This document shows, piece after piece, positions 16,901 to 31,200 of a stretch of DNA of 64,000 nucleotides; within the stretch, counting starts at the first letter, position 1; each line of letters starts with the position of its first letter. Source of the stretch: Eimeria praecox. Taxonomy: Eukaryota. The notes below the pieces were generated by a model, which made no database searches, was not told the DNA's origin, and saw only the letters and a program-made list of their open reading frames with translations. Location: assembly GCA_963920595.1 (NCBI GenBank), contig OY986946.1, forward strand, positions 186,001 to 250,000, read 5' to 3'. The position numbers and the translations under genes are program-made.

Positions 16901-19154
16901 TCTATATATCTGTATCTATATCTATATCTATATCTATATATCTATATCTATATATCTATATCTATATCTATATCTATATCTATATATCTATATCTATATA
17001 TCTATATCTATATATCTATATCTATATCTATATCTATATCTATATCTATATCTATATCTATATCTATATCTATATCTATATCTATATCTATATATCTATA
17101 TCTATATATCTATATCTATATATCTATATCTATATATCTATATCTATATATCTATATCTATATATCTATATCTATATCTATATCTATATATCTATATCTA
17201 TATATCTATATCTATATATCTATATCTATATATCTATATCTATATATCTATATCTATATATCTATATCTATATATCTATATCTATATATCTATATCTATA
17301 TATCTATATCTATATATCTATATCTATATATCTATATCTATATATCTATATCTATATCTATATCTATATCTATATCTATATCTATATCTATATCTATATC
17401 TATATCTATATCTATATCTATATCTATATCTATATCTATATCTATATCTATATCTATATCTATATCTATATCTATATCTATATCTATATCTATATCTATA
17501 TCTATATCTATATATCTATATCTATATATCTATATCTATATATCTATATCTATATATCTATATCTATATATCTATATCTATATATCTATATCTATATATC
17601 TATATCTATATCTATATCTATATATCTATATCTATATATCTATATCTATATATCTATATCTATATCTATATCTATATCTATATCTATATCTATATCTATA
17701 TCTATATCTATATCTATATCTATATCTATATCTATATCTATATCTATATCTATATCTATATCTATATCTATATCTATATCTATATCTATATCTATATCTA
17801 TATCTATATCTATATCTATATCTATATCTATATCTATATCTATATCTATATCTATATCTATATCTATATCTATATCTATATCTATATCTATATCTATATC
17901 TATATCTATATCTATATCTATATCTATATCTATATCTATATCTATATCTATATCTATATCTATATCTATATCTATATCTATATCTATATCTATATCTATA
18001 TCTATATCTATATCTATATCTATATCTATATCTATATCTATATCTATATCTATATCTATATCTATATCTATATCTATATCTATATCTATATCTATATCTA
18101 TATCTATATCTATATCTATATCTATATCTATATCTATATCTATATCTATATCTATATCTATATCTATATCTATATCTATATCTATATCTATATCTATATC
18201 TATATCTATATCTATATCTATATCTATATCTATATCTATATCTATATCTATATCTATATCTATATCTATATCTATATCTATATCTATATCTATATCTATA
18301 TCTATATCTATATCTATATCTATATCTATATCTATATCTATATCTATATCTATATCTATATCTATATCTATATCTATATCTATATCTATATCTATATCTA
18401 TATCTATATCTATATCTATATCTATATCTATATCTATATCTATATCTATATCTATATCTATATCTATATCTATATCTATATCTATATCTATATCTATATC
18501 TATATCTATATCTATATCTATATCTATATCTATATCTATATCTATATCTATATCTATATCTATATCTATATCTATATCTATATCTATATCTATATCTATA
18601 TCTATATCTATATCTATATCTATATCTATATCTATATCTATATCTATATCTATATCTATATCTATATCTATATCTATATCTATATCTATATCTATATCTA
18701 TATCTATATCTATATCTATATCTATATCTATATCTATATCTATATCTATATCTATATCTATATCTATATCTATATCTATATCTATATCTATATCTATATC
18801 TATATCTATATCTATATCTATATCTATATCTATATCTATATCTATATCTATATCTATATCTATATCTATATCTATATCTATATCTATATCTATATCTATA
18901 TCTATATCTATATCTATATCTATATCTATATCTATATCTATATCTATATCTATATCTATATCTATATCTATATCTATATCTATATCTATATCTATATCTA
19001 TATCTATATCTATATCTATATCTATATCTATATCTATATCTATATCTATATCTATATCTATATCTATATCTATATCTATATCTATATCTATATCTATATC
19101 TATATCTATATCTATATCTATATCTATATCTATATCTATATCTATATCTATCTA

Positions 19155-19208
<54 letters not shown>

Positions 19209-22200
19209 GCATATCCTGAAGCGGAGCGACTGCCTGCCACGACTGACCCCGCCAGATAACGTTGCTTTCGGGCTCCTACTTTCTGGACAAAAGCGCGTGC
19301 TGAAGCAACTCTAGAGAATTTGCCGCCAAACACACCCTGGCACTTGCACATGCATCTTCCCTAGCGTGCCGCCGAGTAATGTATAAACCTCTAATCGCAC
19401 CTTATTAGAAGACCAACAATAAAAGAAAATGTTCAAGGCGTTCGTTAACGACTAATGGCCTGCAGGCATAAGAAGGGTTGCTTTTTGTTTGCCTCTGCCT
19501 ACTGTGATCCGGACGCGAATGAATAACACATTCATAAATTGCACTCACTGCGAAGCCAAAACAGCCTAACTAGCCTCGCCAAGTCAGAACCAAATGCCTG
19601 CACTACAGCGTTTTGCTTGTCGGTGTGCTACATCACACTGCGGTGCGATACCAAGCCCGGACGCGAATGAATAACACATTCATAAACTGCACTCACTGCG
19701 AAAGCAAAACAGCCTAACTAGTCTCGCCCAAACAGAGGCAAATGCCTGCACAACGGCTTTTTGCTTGTCGGTGTGTTACCAAATGACTACACAATGCGCT
19801 AGGGTTTGCGCCGTCTCAGGCCTCAACTGAATTTACATCAGTCGTGTTGAGTCCAGATGCTCCCGTTCTCTGCAGAACAGCTGCTGCGATTAGCAACGTT
19901 TTGACCAGTCGTCAGCACTACCAAAACGTTAGAACAAATCCCCAAGGAGCCACTGCTTTTCGCCACCGAATACTGCTCCTCGTATGGAGTGTTTGACCGA
20001 TTCAGTGACATCGTGAGTAATGTCATATCCTGGCTCATAAGGGTAAACAGCGTATTCAAGCTTCCCTCCCTACTAGATGCAACAGAACATCAAACGTCTA
20101 GCTGAGCCGTATTGCGTTGCATTGAAGTGCATACTTTCTGAGTAAAATAGCAGGCCGCAGTAACGCCACCGAAGGTTTCGCCACGCCGCTTTCGAGACAA
20201 GCACAAGTGGGCTTTCACGCACGCCATTGCACACGCATTCTGGCCCCCAGCAGCCCGCCAAAATACCACGGGTACTCTTATTATGCGCAAAGAGAAGACG
20301 TTAATATGCCGGCCCCACTGTACTGCACTTCTCTGTGAAAAGGTTCTACGAACAGCCTGCCGAGCAGCATGAGCGCCACATTCTTAACGCGCACCTACTC
20401 CGGACACAAAGCAGCTAAAAGAACCCATCCAAACAGGGAATAACCGACTGCACAATAGCACTACAGGCTGCACTGTGATTGGTGCAATGCAATAACTACT
20501 CAGTGAGCTTTAAGCTCTGCGTTCTTTTGTGCAGGCGCCAGTACATACCCCAATTCAGGTTGGGCGCACCATCAAATCTAGCTCGCCCCTTCGCCATCCC
20601 CGCACTTATCAGAGCACCTACCGCCATGCAAGGCCGGGATAATTGTCAATGCCACTGCGCGTTCGATGCAAGTTAAAGCGTGGCGAATATCTCTTCCTAT
20701 CATGTTCTACACTGTGCATACTCTGTCTCCCTAATTCAGTGATGTCACTTGTCGTCCCAGCTCACAAACGCAAAGTGCAGCGCACACGGACCGATCCAGT
20801 AAGTGGATGCCAAAGCAGAACACAGGCACAGCAAGAGGAGCTACTTATCACACTCACTAAATATCAATATATTCACATATATGCCCATGCCCGCCCTATG
20901 GCATCCTGAAACGGGGGAGTACAAAACACCGAGCCGAGCAGATGAGCGTGCTTTTCCATTAGTTGGTTTTCTTTCTCATGTCCATACTTCCTGGGAAAAG
21001 AGGCGCGGTGTCATTATATATAAGAGACAGGCTCGATAAGCCATGCCCGTAGATTCTTGAGCACAAACTAATTTCTCTAAGGAGGCTTATGCATGCAGGT
21101 CCTATAGCATTCCACCCAATACTGCTACACGCCAATCGGCATACACAGCGAATTCCCTGCAGGGGAAGAGAAGCTAGCCGAAGCTTAAGAGCAGCTACAA
21201 ACGGACGCAGTTAGGTGCCTGGGGCATACCTGTCGATCCTAGCCTATGTGGAGGAACAAAGAAAATCGAATACTATCAAGACGCAGAAGATATATGAAGC
21301 AGATGCACCAAGTCTTCCTCTGTCGCGTTGGTGCCTGCGATGGCTCTAGAAAGGCGTTACGAACTCCCGCCCAGAAATGGCAAACTCGAAAGAGAATAAG
21401 TGACGCATTCACGAACTGCGCCTAAACCCTGAACCCTAAACCAACAAAAACAGCGTTCATAGTCTCGACAAACCAAGAACATTCCCCTGCAATAAGGGTT
21501 TCGCATTCTTTTGTGTTTCCCCAATAGCTACGCAGCGCATGACAGGTTCCGCGCCCCTTTACGCAAGCCCCATAAGAATATACACAGTTGCAGTTGACCA
21601 CGTCGTAGGCCTTCCTCCCTGTGTCTCCCCCATGCCCCCTTCTTTACAATCATTTTCCGCCAAGCAACAACCTCCATGCATATCTCCATGCATATCTTGG
21701 CTGATCGCTAATGCTACCTAACCTTGAACAGAAATCGCCACTTAGTCGTTTCTTCGCATGCGACGCACATATGCGTGCTCCCCAATTCCCTGACGTCATC
21801 TGTAACACTAGGCTCTGCTCTGCAGATGCATCAGGCTTCGAACTACCCTGTGCCAACAGATGCGAAATTAGAAAGATCCTAGACCAAAGTGCACCACCAT
21901 TTCTCCTTACACTGCACCGCAGTTGACAAAAAATGATTCACGCATAATCTACGCCTACCATCAGAGAACTTGAAACCCAACAGCACCCATACATTCGATA
22001 AACAAGATGAACTCTACTCCCGTTGACCAGATTCCCTACACGCTGCTCTAGGTGCTGAATAACACGCGCATCGCCGCTATTCTCATACTCTCTGGATATG
22101 GCGGAGGTGGCTGAAACACCAGAAAATGCTCCTGCACGCCAATATCATACACCCGACACAGCACACACACACACGCAAAGTATACTTTTCGAGGCATGCA

Positions 22201-25200
22201 CCATGCATCACGCATGTGGACAGAGGTGCCTTGTTCCGCTTCCAGTTGTCACGAATATGGAGATATGTGCTATAAATGCCCTGCCGCGAGATGGCTCCTT
22301 CCAACAAATAGCAGCGATACACTCGTAAATTACGCCACCTCCAAACTCAGGGCTGCTGAACTGAACACGCTGAGCAAAAGCATCCGGCATTTGACGCTGG
22401 GTTCATGTTGCCCAGCGGCTCCGCAGTGCGGTGGCACCTTCGGGCAATTTTCCACAAGGGCGGTGCGGATTGATACTAATCGCGTTGGTCATGCTGTCCG
22501 CAGCGGCTCAGCAAACCAGTTGTCGTCATAGCAGTGCTAAAGGCCAATGCTGCTAAATGCTCGACACAAGTTTCCGCTTAGTCTCCGCTTCCTTCAGGCG
22601 CATACGCACACACACATTGCAAGCCCTTTGCATTAGCATGAACGCCAGCCAAAGAGGGAGAAAGGTAGCAGTACCCCAAATGGCGCCGTGCAGATGATCC
22701 TCCTTCTAAGTTCATACTTCCTGGGCAAAGCAGCGCGCGATCGCAACAGCGAGGAAAGCTTGGCTACGCCGCAGCTGCAGGCTCGCACGGGAACTGAATA
22801 ACCCGACGGTGCTCACGCAGGCAGGACCTATAGCGTTTCATCCAGTACTGCCAATATTACCTCCAAGAACCTACCGCAGAACAATTTAGCTGACGGCCGT
22901 GGCCGCCCATGTCCGATCTCGCGCTTTTGCAGTTGCAACGAGAGTCAATGCATCAAGCTACCCTGCCCCATGTTCGCCTCTGATGAATGTGGAAAGGCCT
23001 TACGAGCATCCCTGCCCACCTCGAAAATTTTGAGAATAAGCTCCGAACCCCTTGCTAGGATATGGCTCCGTCGATAGTTATCTGTGGCACAGCGGCCAAC
23101 TGCAACTCCTCCGAACACACATCAGATGATCTAATTTTGTCAAACTAGAACCAATCGTGTACATAGGAGCGCCATGCGGATGTGAAGAAGACGTGTTGGC
23201 GGCAATGAAAGCCGCGCGTCCTTCGTTATCCTTGTCCTCCGCACAGCAACTACCACATGCCTAACTGGTCTTTATACGATGCCTCCCCAGTTCAAGAGCA
23301 TCCTTTTTAATGCCAACCTTTGCATCGACGCCCCGCATCTCAAGGCCAGAACCACCCCGTGTAGTTATATGTAAAAGACGGACGCGGGTACAGCAAAGCA
23401 AACTCCCAGTCCAGAATCAACCCACATGCACATTGATGCACACTACCAAGCAGCCTGAAAGTGGCACCAAGCACGTTAGTTTGCTTCGGGTGTTTGATAT
23501 ATGCTGGAAACTGCTCTATCAAGATGATATACCTCTTCGTAGCACCTCCAGCTAACTGGCTTCCTACTTTCTGGGGGAAACAGCTTGCGATCGCAACTTT
23601 AGGAGTCTTCTACACATAGCTGCCGTTGACTATCGCACAGCCGCAGTGCAACTACACAATGATAGCGCTCGCAGGTCTACTAGCACTTAACCAAGTGCTG
23701 CGTATGTCCATATGCGCGAACAGGGCTGAGTGCAACCAGGGAAAGTCAAGGCAGCGCATGTTTAACACCGGTAAGTCCATGCAGATAGCTGCATGAGGCT
23801 TCCCTATCGAACCGCTTCTTTTGGCAAGAGTAGCGAAGCCCGGAGATTTCCATGACCGAGACAATTATAGCAAACACATGAACCAAGGTGTCCTGTGCCC
23901 CATTCGTGCCATATGGCTATAGAAAAGTGCTACAAGCACCCTGCTGCGAGATACGTAGCTCGAGAATAGTTTACCCTGTGCCATCAAGCCAGAACCATCC
24001 GTTCTCCTCTCTATTTTCTGTTGGCCAGTAGCCACACAGTGCGCTACGCCACGGTCCTACTCTGCAAGCGCCATGAGGATAGACTGTTGACTAGGCTGCT
24101 GGCTGCCGCCCGCTCTTCGCTATTCCCGTCCTTCGCAGAACGACTACTAACGTATTCCGTAGGATAGGCGGATTAATCAGCAGTGTTGCAGAACCTTCAG
24201 CACAAATCGGCGTGTGGGCGGGGATGCTTCAAACCACATGCTGCACTGCACAGTTACTGCTTCACCAATCTGCTGATGCCGTCTGTATCAGACTGTTTGG
24301 TGAGCCCATGTCCGTTTCAAAACAGCACGTTGTAGTATGAACCATAGAACCGCACGGCTAAAAACAAGCAAATCCCCACCTTTATTCATACAGTTAGTGA
24401 GTAAATCTGCAGGCGTTTGCATTTACCACTAGGCAGCATTAAGCATTGCTATTCTGAGTGCGCCCAGAAAATAGATTTCTTTTGAATGGTGGCGCTTCGC
24501 TACAAACTGTTCCAGGCTCTAAACGTTTCAGCTCCCCTGAAGTGTAGAAGCAAAATATGTGCATACTCTCTGGCCAGAATAGTGCGGGATAGCAACGCGA
24601 GAGATGCTGTCGCCATGCCCGTGGAGACGCTCACAAACTGCATAATCTCTCGTTGCATACACAGGAAATGCTTAGCTAACAGTTCATTAACACTTCACTA
24701 TGTTGCCAATAACCCACCATGCGCGTTGAGCTTATCGTAGCTAGAACACGGCAACCAAGCCGAATCTTCATATCAACTACAGAGCTGGCTGCATCGCGCA
24801 TCCTCATCGACCCGCGGTCCCTCGGAAGACCAGAAAAAAAGGGGAAATGCTAATGACAAGGGGAATGCTCCACTCACCTGCACCGAAGTGCCTTGCCTTG
24901 CGCTTGTTTCTGAAGACTGGATACCACCGACACGAACATCCAGAGAAAGGTCAACCTGAACGAAAATCAGCTACGCAATCACAGATTGCACCTGAAGAGA
25001 AAGCAGCTTAGTGCCGCCTATACAAATGGATTTGCATTATGTTTCAATTACCCAATAGCTAAACAATGAGCTACGGGTCCCATGCTTTGTTGCGCAAACC
25101 AAGAAGATCGGCAAAAGCCCTGTTGGCGGCGCTGCCTGCAGCAAACCGCCATTGGCTGCTGTTCTCCTCCGGCAGCATTCACCATCCTACATTGCCAGGC

Positions 25201-28200
25201 TTATCGACAGTGCTACTAAACCTTTTACACAAATCACCCCTTAGCCGCTGCTGCCTGGTGGCCACGGCGCCTCCCCATCCACTGACAATGCTTGCGGTGC
25301 ATGGCTATACCAAAGCATTCATACCTTGCAGATGCCAAAGACGAACGTAGGCACAGCAACCCAAACTCCCACCTATTGAACATTCAACCCCTTCTGAGAC
25401 ACCAAACATCCTGGACAGTAACAGAAACTGCACTCGAGCGGGAAAGATCCACCTGCGTCAATGCTCGTACTTCCTGGGCAAGCCAAGGCCGTTTCGCTGC
25501 AGCAAAGGACACTTCGCCACATTGCCGCCGGAATCAAGCACAGATACACTGCATAACCCCACGATGCTCATGTATGCAGGTATGCTAGCTCTCCGGCATG
25601 CTGATATTTTCCTGTCGGCTGGCCACAGTGATTTTAACCAGGGCACGCAAAGGAAAGCCAAGCTCAATGCCGAATGCAAAGCGCGGCAGGTAGCTGCGCT
25701 GGGTTTTCTTGTAGGCTTCTATGTTCTCTTATAGACAATGAAGACTGCAAATGGTAGAGAGAAAGATGATATAGCATTCATTTGACCTGATCGTAGCACG
25801 TTCGTGTACGATAAGAAAGGACAGCTGGTACAAATAACCTGCCGCACAAGAATAGCTACCACATATTTATGAATTGCACGCATACGAAACACAGAAGAGC
25901 AGACACACTTTTGTTAAACGAGGAACATCCGCCTGCATCACTTGTTCTTTCCCCGTTTGGGGCCCCTGGTTTTTCGATTGAACTGCCATGGCAATCTACA
26001 CATGCCCGATTTGGCGGTGCCATTCTCCAACGCCCGCCATTTTCCATTCCAGTCCTCCACTAAAAAGCTTAGCTCATTGTTTACCATGAAAGGAGGGGGC
26101 GGGTAGTAAGCATTGCAAAAAGCAAGGCGAAGACGTGTTTCGTATCACGCTGCAAATCAGCAGAAGGACGTTCACAACCATCCTTGCCATTAGCTAGCCC
26201 GAAATGGAGCAGTGCCCGTAACTGCACTCGCCAGATTGCACTGCTTGTACGCGCGTACGTTCTGCGCAAATCAGCGATCAAAAGCAACGCCGGAGACGGC
26301 TTCGCCACAACGTGTTCGCAGACGTTCGTGCACACAATCTGTATAGCCTTATGGCACTCATTGTTGCAGTTCCCCCCGCTCTCCATCAAATACTGCATAT
26401 ATTGCTGTCGCCAGGCGATGCTGAGTTCACCCAGGGCAACCGGTTCAACGCAAGGCTTAATGAATACTCCAAAGAGGTGCAGCTGGTCGAAACGTCGAGA
26501 ATCCAAACGATTAAAGGTGCAGCAGGGATATATCACACATAGACGATGACAGGCTTTGTCACGTTCGTCTCTGTTGATTACGGAGAAGTGCTCTGAACAC
26601 CCTCCAAAGGGATGACTAGCTTGGATGGCCACTTATACGCTCAAAAATGTTACCCTGTCCCCACATAATACAGCTAGTAACCTCGGCAAGCTCGAAACAC
26701 CCGCATGCTCTACACGCTCCTCCCTTTGTGTAATACTCAATAGCTACACAATGAGCTACTGGTTCGGTGTCGTGCACTACCAGTTGTTTTGTGATATCAA
26801 ATAACTACGCAATACGCTACGAGATTTACCAAACCCCGCTCAGATATTGGCTAGTCGTGCTGGTCGTGCCTCCGGCAGGCCGCCGACTGAAGCCCCCCCT
26901 TCGCTATTCCCATCCTCCGCATGGCCACTACCGTCATGCATTCCCGGGCTGAAGGGCAGTGCTACTAAGGTTTTGCAGCAAATAGCCGCGGCTAAGTGCT
27001 TGTTCCTTGCGCATATCGCGATGCAAGCACACTGCCACACACGTTCACCGACATCGCTTTTAATGCCATTATGTCCCCCAAACGCGCATCGGGGTTGTAA
27101 GTGCTCTAAGGGGATATCTTAACAAGAACATACTTGCTGGTCCAGCCCGCGGACGATCGCAATGTTAGAGCAGGTTATGCCAAACACTGCGCCAATATGC
27201 TCGCACAAACCAGCGCCGATATGCTCGCAGATGGTGCTTCCCTAGGCCTCAGCCATGTATTGCCTATCGGCGGGCGGGGAGGACCGAGCTCAAGCGTCAC
27301 TTTGGAATGGGACACCTGGACGCATTTGGCTCCTCTTGTAGTTGGAGGTTCAACCAGAATCCAAAAGGTTCGAGACATTCTAAAGTTATCACGAGCTCGC
27401 AGGCGGAGGGCCTGCAAGCACCTTTCCGCAGCTGCGCCAGCATATTACCGTGAGAAACCGAGCTTGAACAAAGTGGGTGGCGCATGCACAAATTGCACGT
27501 ACTCCGAAAAGAAAAGGCTACATTCGCCCAGCGAATCCAAAGCAACCGTTTTTTACTGCGCTTCTCCCTGTTTGTGTTGAGCAATATCTGCACAATGAGC
27601 TAACGGCTCTGCCTACTCCTTTGCTTTGCAAAGACTTGGAGGCCCTACCTAACCCCACGCAGGCCGTGCTGCAGGCTGCAACCCGCCCTTTGTTGCTCCC
27701 ATCCTGCGGATAACAATTACCTCCACGCAATGCCGTGCTGACGAGCAATGATATTAAACGTCTGAAGCAACTCATCGCGAGTCGTTGATTTCCTACCACA
27801 TATTGCAGTGTTCGTCTACTGTCTAACAGATTCGCTTACATCTTTTGCAGTTCCAGACTGCCTCCCTCAAACGCACATCGTCTATCGAAACACTCCACCC
27901 CTAAACATACCAGACACAAGCACCACACTGCAAGCGGATCATCCGCTTCTCACTCTGCAAATCTGCAAATCTGCTTGCAAGCGTCTACCCCTACATGTCA
28001 GCGAGCAGAAAACGTTTAATGTGTAAAGGCAGCCCGGAAGGCGAATGGGCGTCTAAGTGCACACTTCCTGGCCAAATCAAGGTTGACTCTAGCTCTGGAA
28101 CAGGCGTCTCCACACGGCAGAAGCAGGCGCTCGCGCATAACGTCAATAAAGTCCCAACTGTCGCGCATGCACGTCCTGTAGGTCGCAGATGTATACTGCC

Positions 28201-31200
28201 CATACGCATATCAGAAGGCGGAGCTGCTTCAATCAAAGCAGGCGAACGAAGCCCAAGCGACGCCAACTGCAAAGGAGACAAATGGCTGCATGAGGCAGCC
28301 TTGGCACATAGACTCCAGCGAAACTACGAACTAAAATCTAACTGTTCTGGATATCTGAAAGATATGATGGAATTATAGACTGTCAGCCTGCTTCCTGCTT
28401 GCCTTCGGGTACTATGCTTGACACTTTCCAGCGAGCTACTGAACTCGAACGAAAACTGGTAGCACATTAATAAGCCGCATCTACTCTAGACGAAACAGCT
28501 TAACTGGTCTCACCGAACCAGAAATACCATTACTGGCTCCTCTTTCTTTTATGCTCCCCAGTTACTACGTTTATGCAAACGGCGTGCGGGATTACACGAT
28601 CCGTAGTGGTAGCGCTGGCCGTGGTCTGCCCTTCGCTATTTGCAGTCGCAAGGCTATTGCCGCTAAGCACACCCAAGCATGTCGCCGATGCAATTAAGCA
28701 TGTGACAAAAATAAGGGTGAAGCCCTTTCTTACTCCTCGCATGTATTGTGCCGCACAGATCCTGCCTCAGTAATTCACTGATGCACTTTGCAGTGCACGC
28801 ATCTGTCTCGCAAACGCATATCGCACGAAGAACCACCCAGCTTCAGCAGGTGCCCAACACCTAGATCAAAACGAACTGGTACTCATCCCTATATTGTGAT
28901 ACCATATATCTACCATATACCTGAACAATTCACACGTGGACTATCATACCTTGGCCCAGAATATTAATGTACTGCTGGGGGTACGCACGCGCCCCCAACA
29001 GTTCGAGCAGCTAAGCGATTCACATTTGCGCAACTCTGTAGCCATACTCTCTGTGCGAACCAACGCACCTTCGTGACGCGAGAGAACACTTCTTCGCAAA
29101 TATTTCGTAGACGCGCTCACGGAAATCCTAGAACAACACCTTGCTCACGATGGTCTCAATTGTAGGTTTCGTAGTGCTCCACCAAGTCCCCCATGTCCCT
29201 TCGGCAGATGGGCGCGGGTTCAGCCGTAGTTAGCGAAAGCATGCTTAATACTGGCTGCAAAATGCTGCTGCGTCCATTGATCTTGGTCACGCTCTCGTCC
29301 GCTGAACGGCTCTTCGGTCCTCGCTCACTTGCAAAGGAAATGGCATGGTACACAGTGAAAGGTAATCAACACTGCTACAGAACGCTTGGCACAGTTTTGT
29401 TGTTGCTGCTTCCTCTTGCCGCGTTCTGCGCAGGACAAATGTTGCCCCGCCTATTCGCTGGAAATGTTTGCAATATCGGAAGAGGCCTCGCAAACCCACA
29501 TCGCGTTTCTAAATGCCCGGCCCACTAGACCTCAAAGAAGAACAAAGTTAAGGGAAGCGAGCATCGATTTCTCGCACTGCAGCCCCGCATGCCTTCAAGC
29601 ATGCCTGCATACAGCCATGACTACCGCCAAAAAACCTGAACCAAAACAGCTGTCGTCCCAGCGTCGAATAGATGCATCATACTTCCTGGACGAAGCAGCG
29701 CATGATGATGAGGGAAAAGAAAGCTAAGCCAAATCGTCGCTACAACCAGGCGCACATAATCTGCATAGGCCCACGATGCTGACACCCGCAGGTCCCGTAG
29801 CCCTCCGGCAAATACTGCCCGTTTTCTTCTCCGCAGACTGAGCTGCCTTCAACCAGCTCAAGCAAGCCAAGCTGAAGCTCAGTACCAACTGCGAAACATG
29901 GGACATGGTTGCATGGGGCATGCCGGGCCATTCCCTTCTTCGAAAGCCAATGAAGAAGTTTGCGAGGCGTCAGGGGCTTGCAAATCGACGGCTTGTTTTC
30001 CGTTTGCCCCTGCCTACTAGGTTAAAATCTATCAGCGTTTTGCAAGAAGATGCCGGGATTGAGTGACAATGAGTAACATATTCACATGCTACACCTACTT
30101 GGAATACAAAGCCGCTTAACTGATCGTGCCAAAAAGAAATACCCGCCTGCACTGCGAGTTACGCTTTACTCTGCGTTTTCCAATAAACACACACTACCGC
30201 TAAGGGTTCTACTTATTTTCGTCCAGCCCCATGCCCGTTTACACAATTTATGCTGCCCTCCGCAGGAGGACGGCTCTTCACCCTTGACTGCTCATGTCAT
30301 CCGCAGTACAGTTGCAATCACACGTAACCACCCTGTGAGTCAACCATACTAAACCTTTGACAGACGTAATTGGGCACGCATTGCTTCCTCTTACCACGTG
30401 TTTCCTTACACATATACTGCTTCGCCAATCTAGTGAAAACGGTTGTTATGTCACATGCTGTCTCGCAAGCGCATACGGCGTGTCCAAATGTCCCGGCCCA
30501 TTAGGTAGCAACTTTCACCACAGTAAACGGAAAAACAAAATGCTCTGCCCTGCGCTGTAGCAGTAAAAAATTGCATTCATGCAAATACATTCCCATTCCT
30601 GCTCGCATACAATCTGAAATGTACCAACGTCCGTATCTCCGTTCAGAAGATGAATTTGTTTCGGCGTTTCACACTCGCGTCAAACAATTCAAGCTGACAA
30701 ACGCTACGCGTACCCGCAACTCTTTTCGTTATTTATGTGCATACGTCCTGGGTAAAACAATGGGGAGCCCAAACGTTAGAGAATGATTCGCCACACGGTG
30801 GCACCGAACGCAAGAGCATACGCTGCATATTCCAACGATGCTTACACATTCACCTCTCCTGCCACTCCAGCAGCCACTGAGTGGCTTATTCCTTTCCGCA
30901 AAAGTAGATGATCCCGACAAGGCCAGTCGAACGGACTCCAAGCTCAATACCAACTGAGAAACGAGGCAGACGGCTGTACGGGACGTTCTTGTTCTCCTTT
31001 CTTTGACGCCCGAAGAGTGTCGAAAATACCCAAGCAGCTCGCCAGGCATCATGGCGCTAGGGCTGCGGCTCTGCTTCCCGGTTTCAGCTGCTACTATGGT
31101 ATTTCTTCGGCACTTTAATGAGCTTGAACGAGAATAGATTGGGCATTCACAAGCTGCACCTACTCCAACCTCAAAACGGCTTAACTGATTTCTCCAAAGC

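Noticed and set aside
10653..19259. 2868-aa and 2763-aa ORFs (IY/LY/IS dipeptide runs)
   Set aside because: Artefacts of (TATATC)n lacking stop codons on the + strand; no protein-like content.
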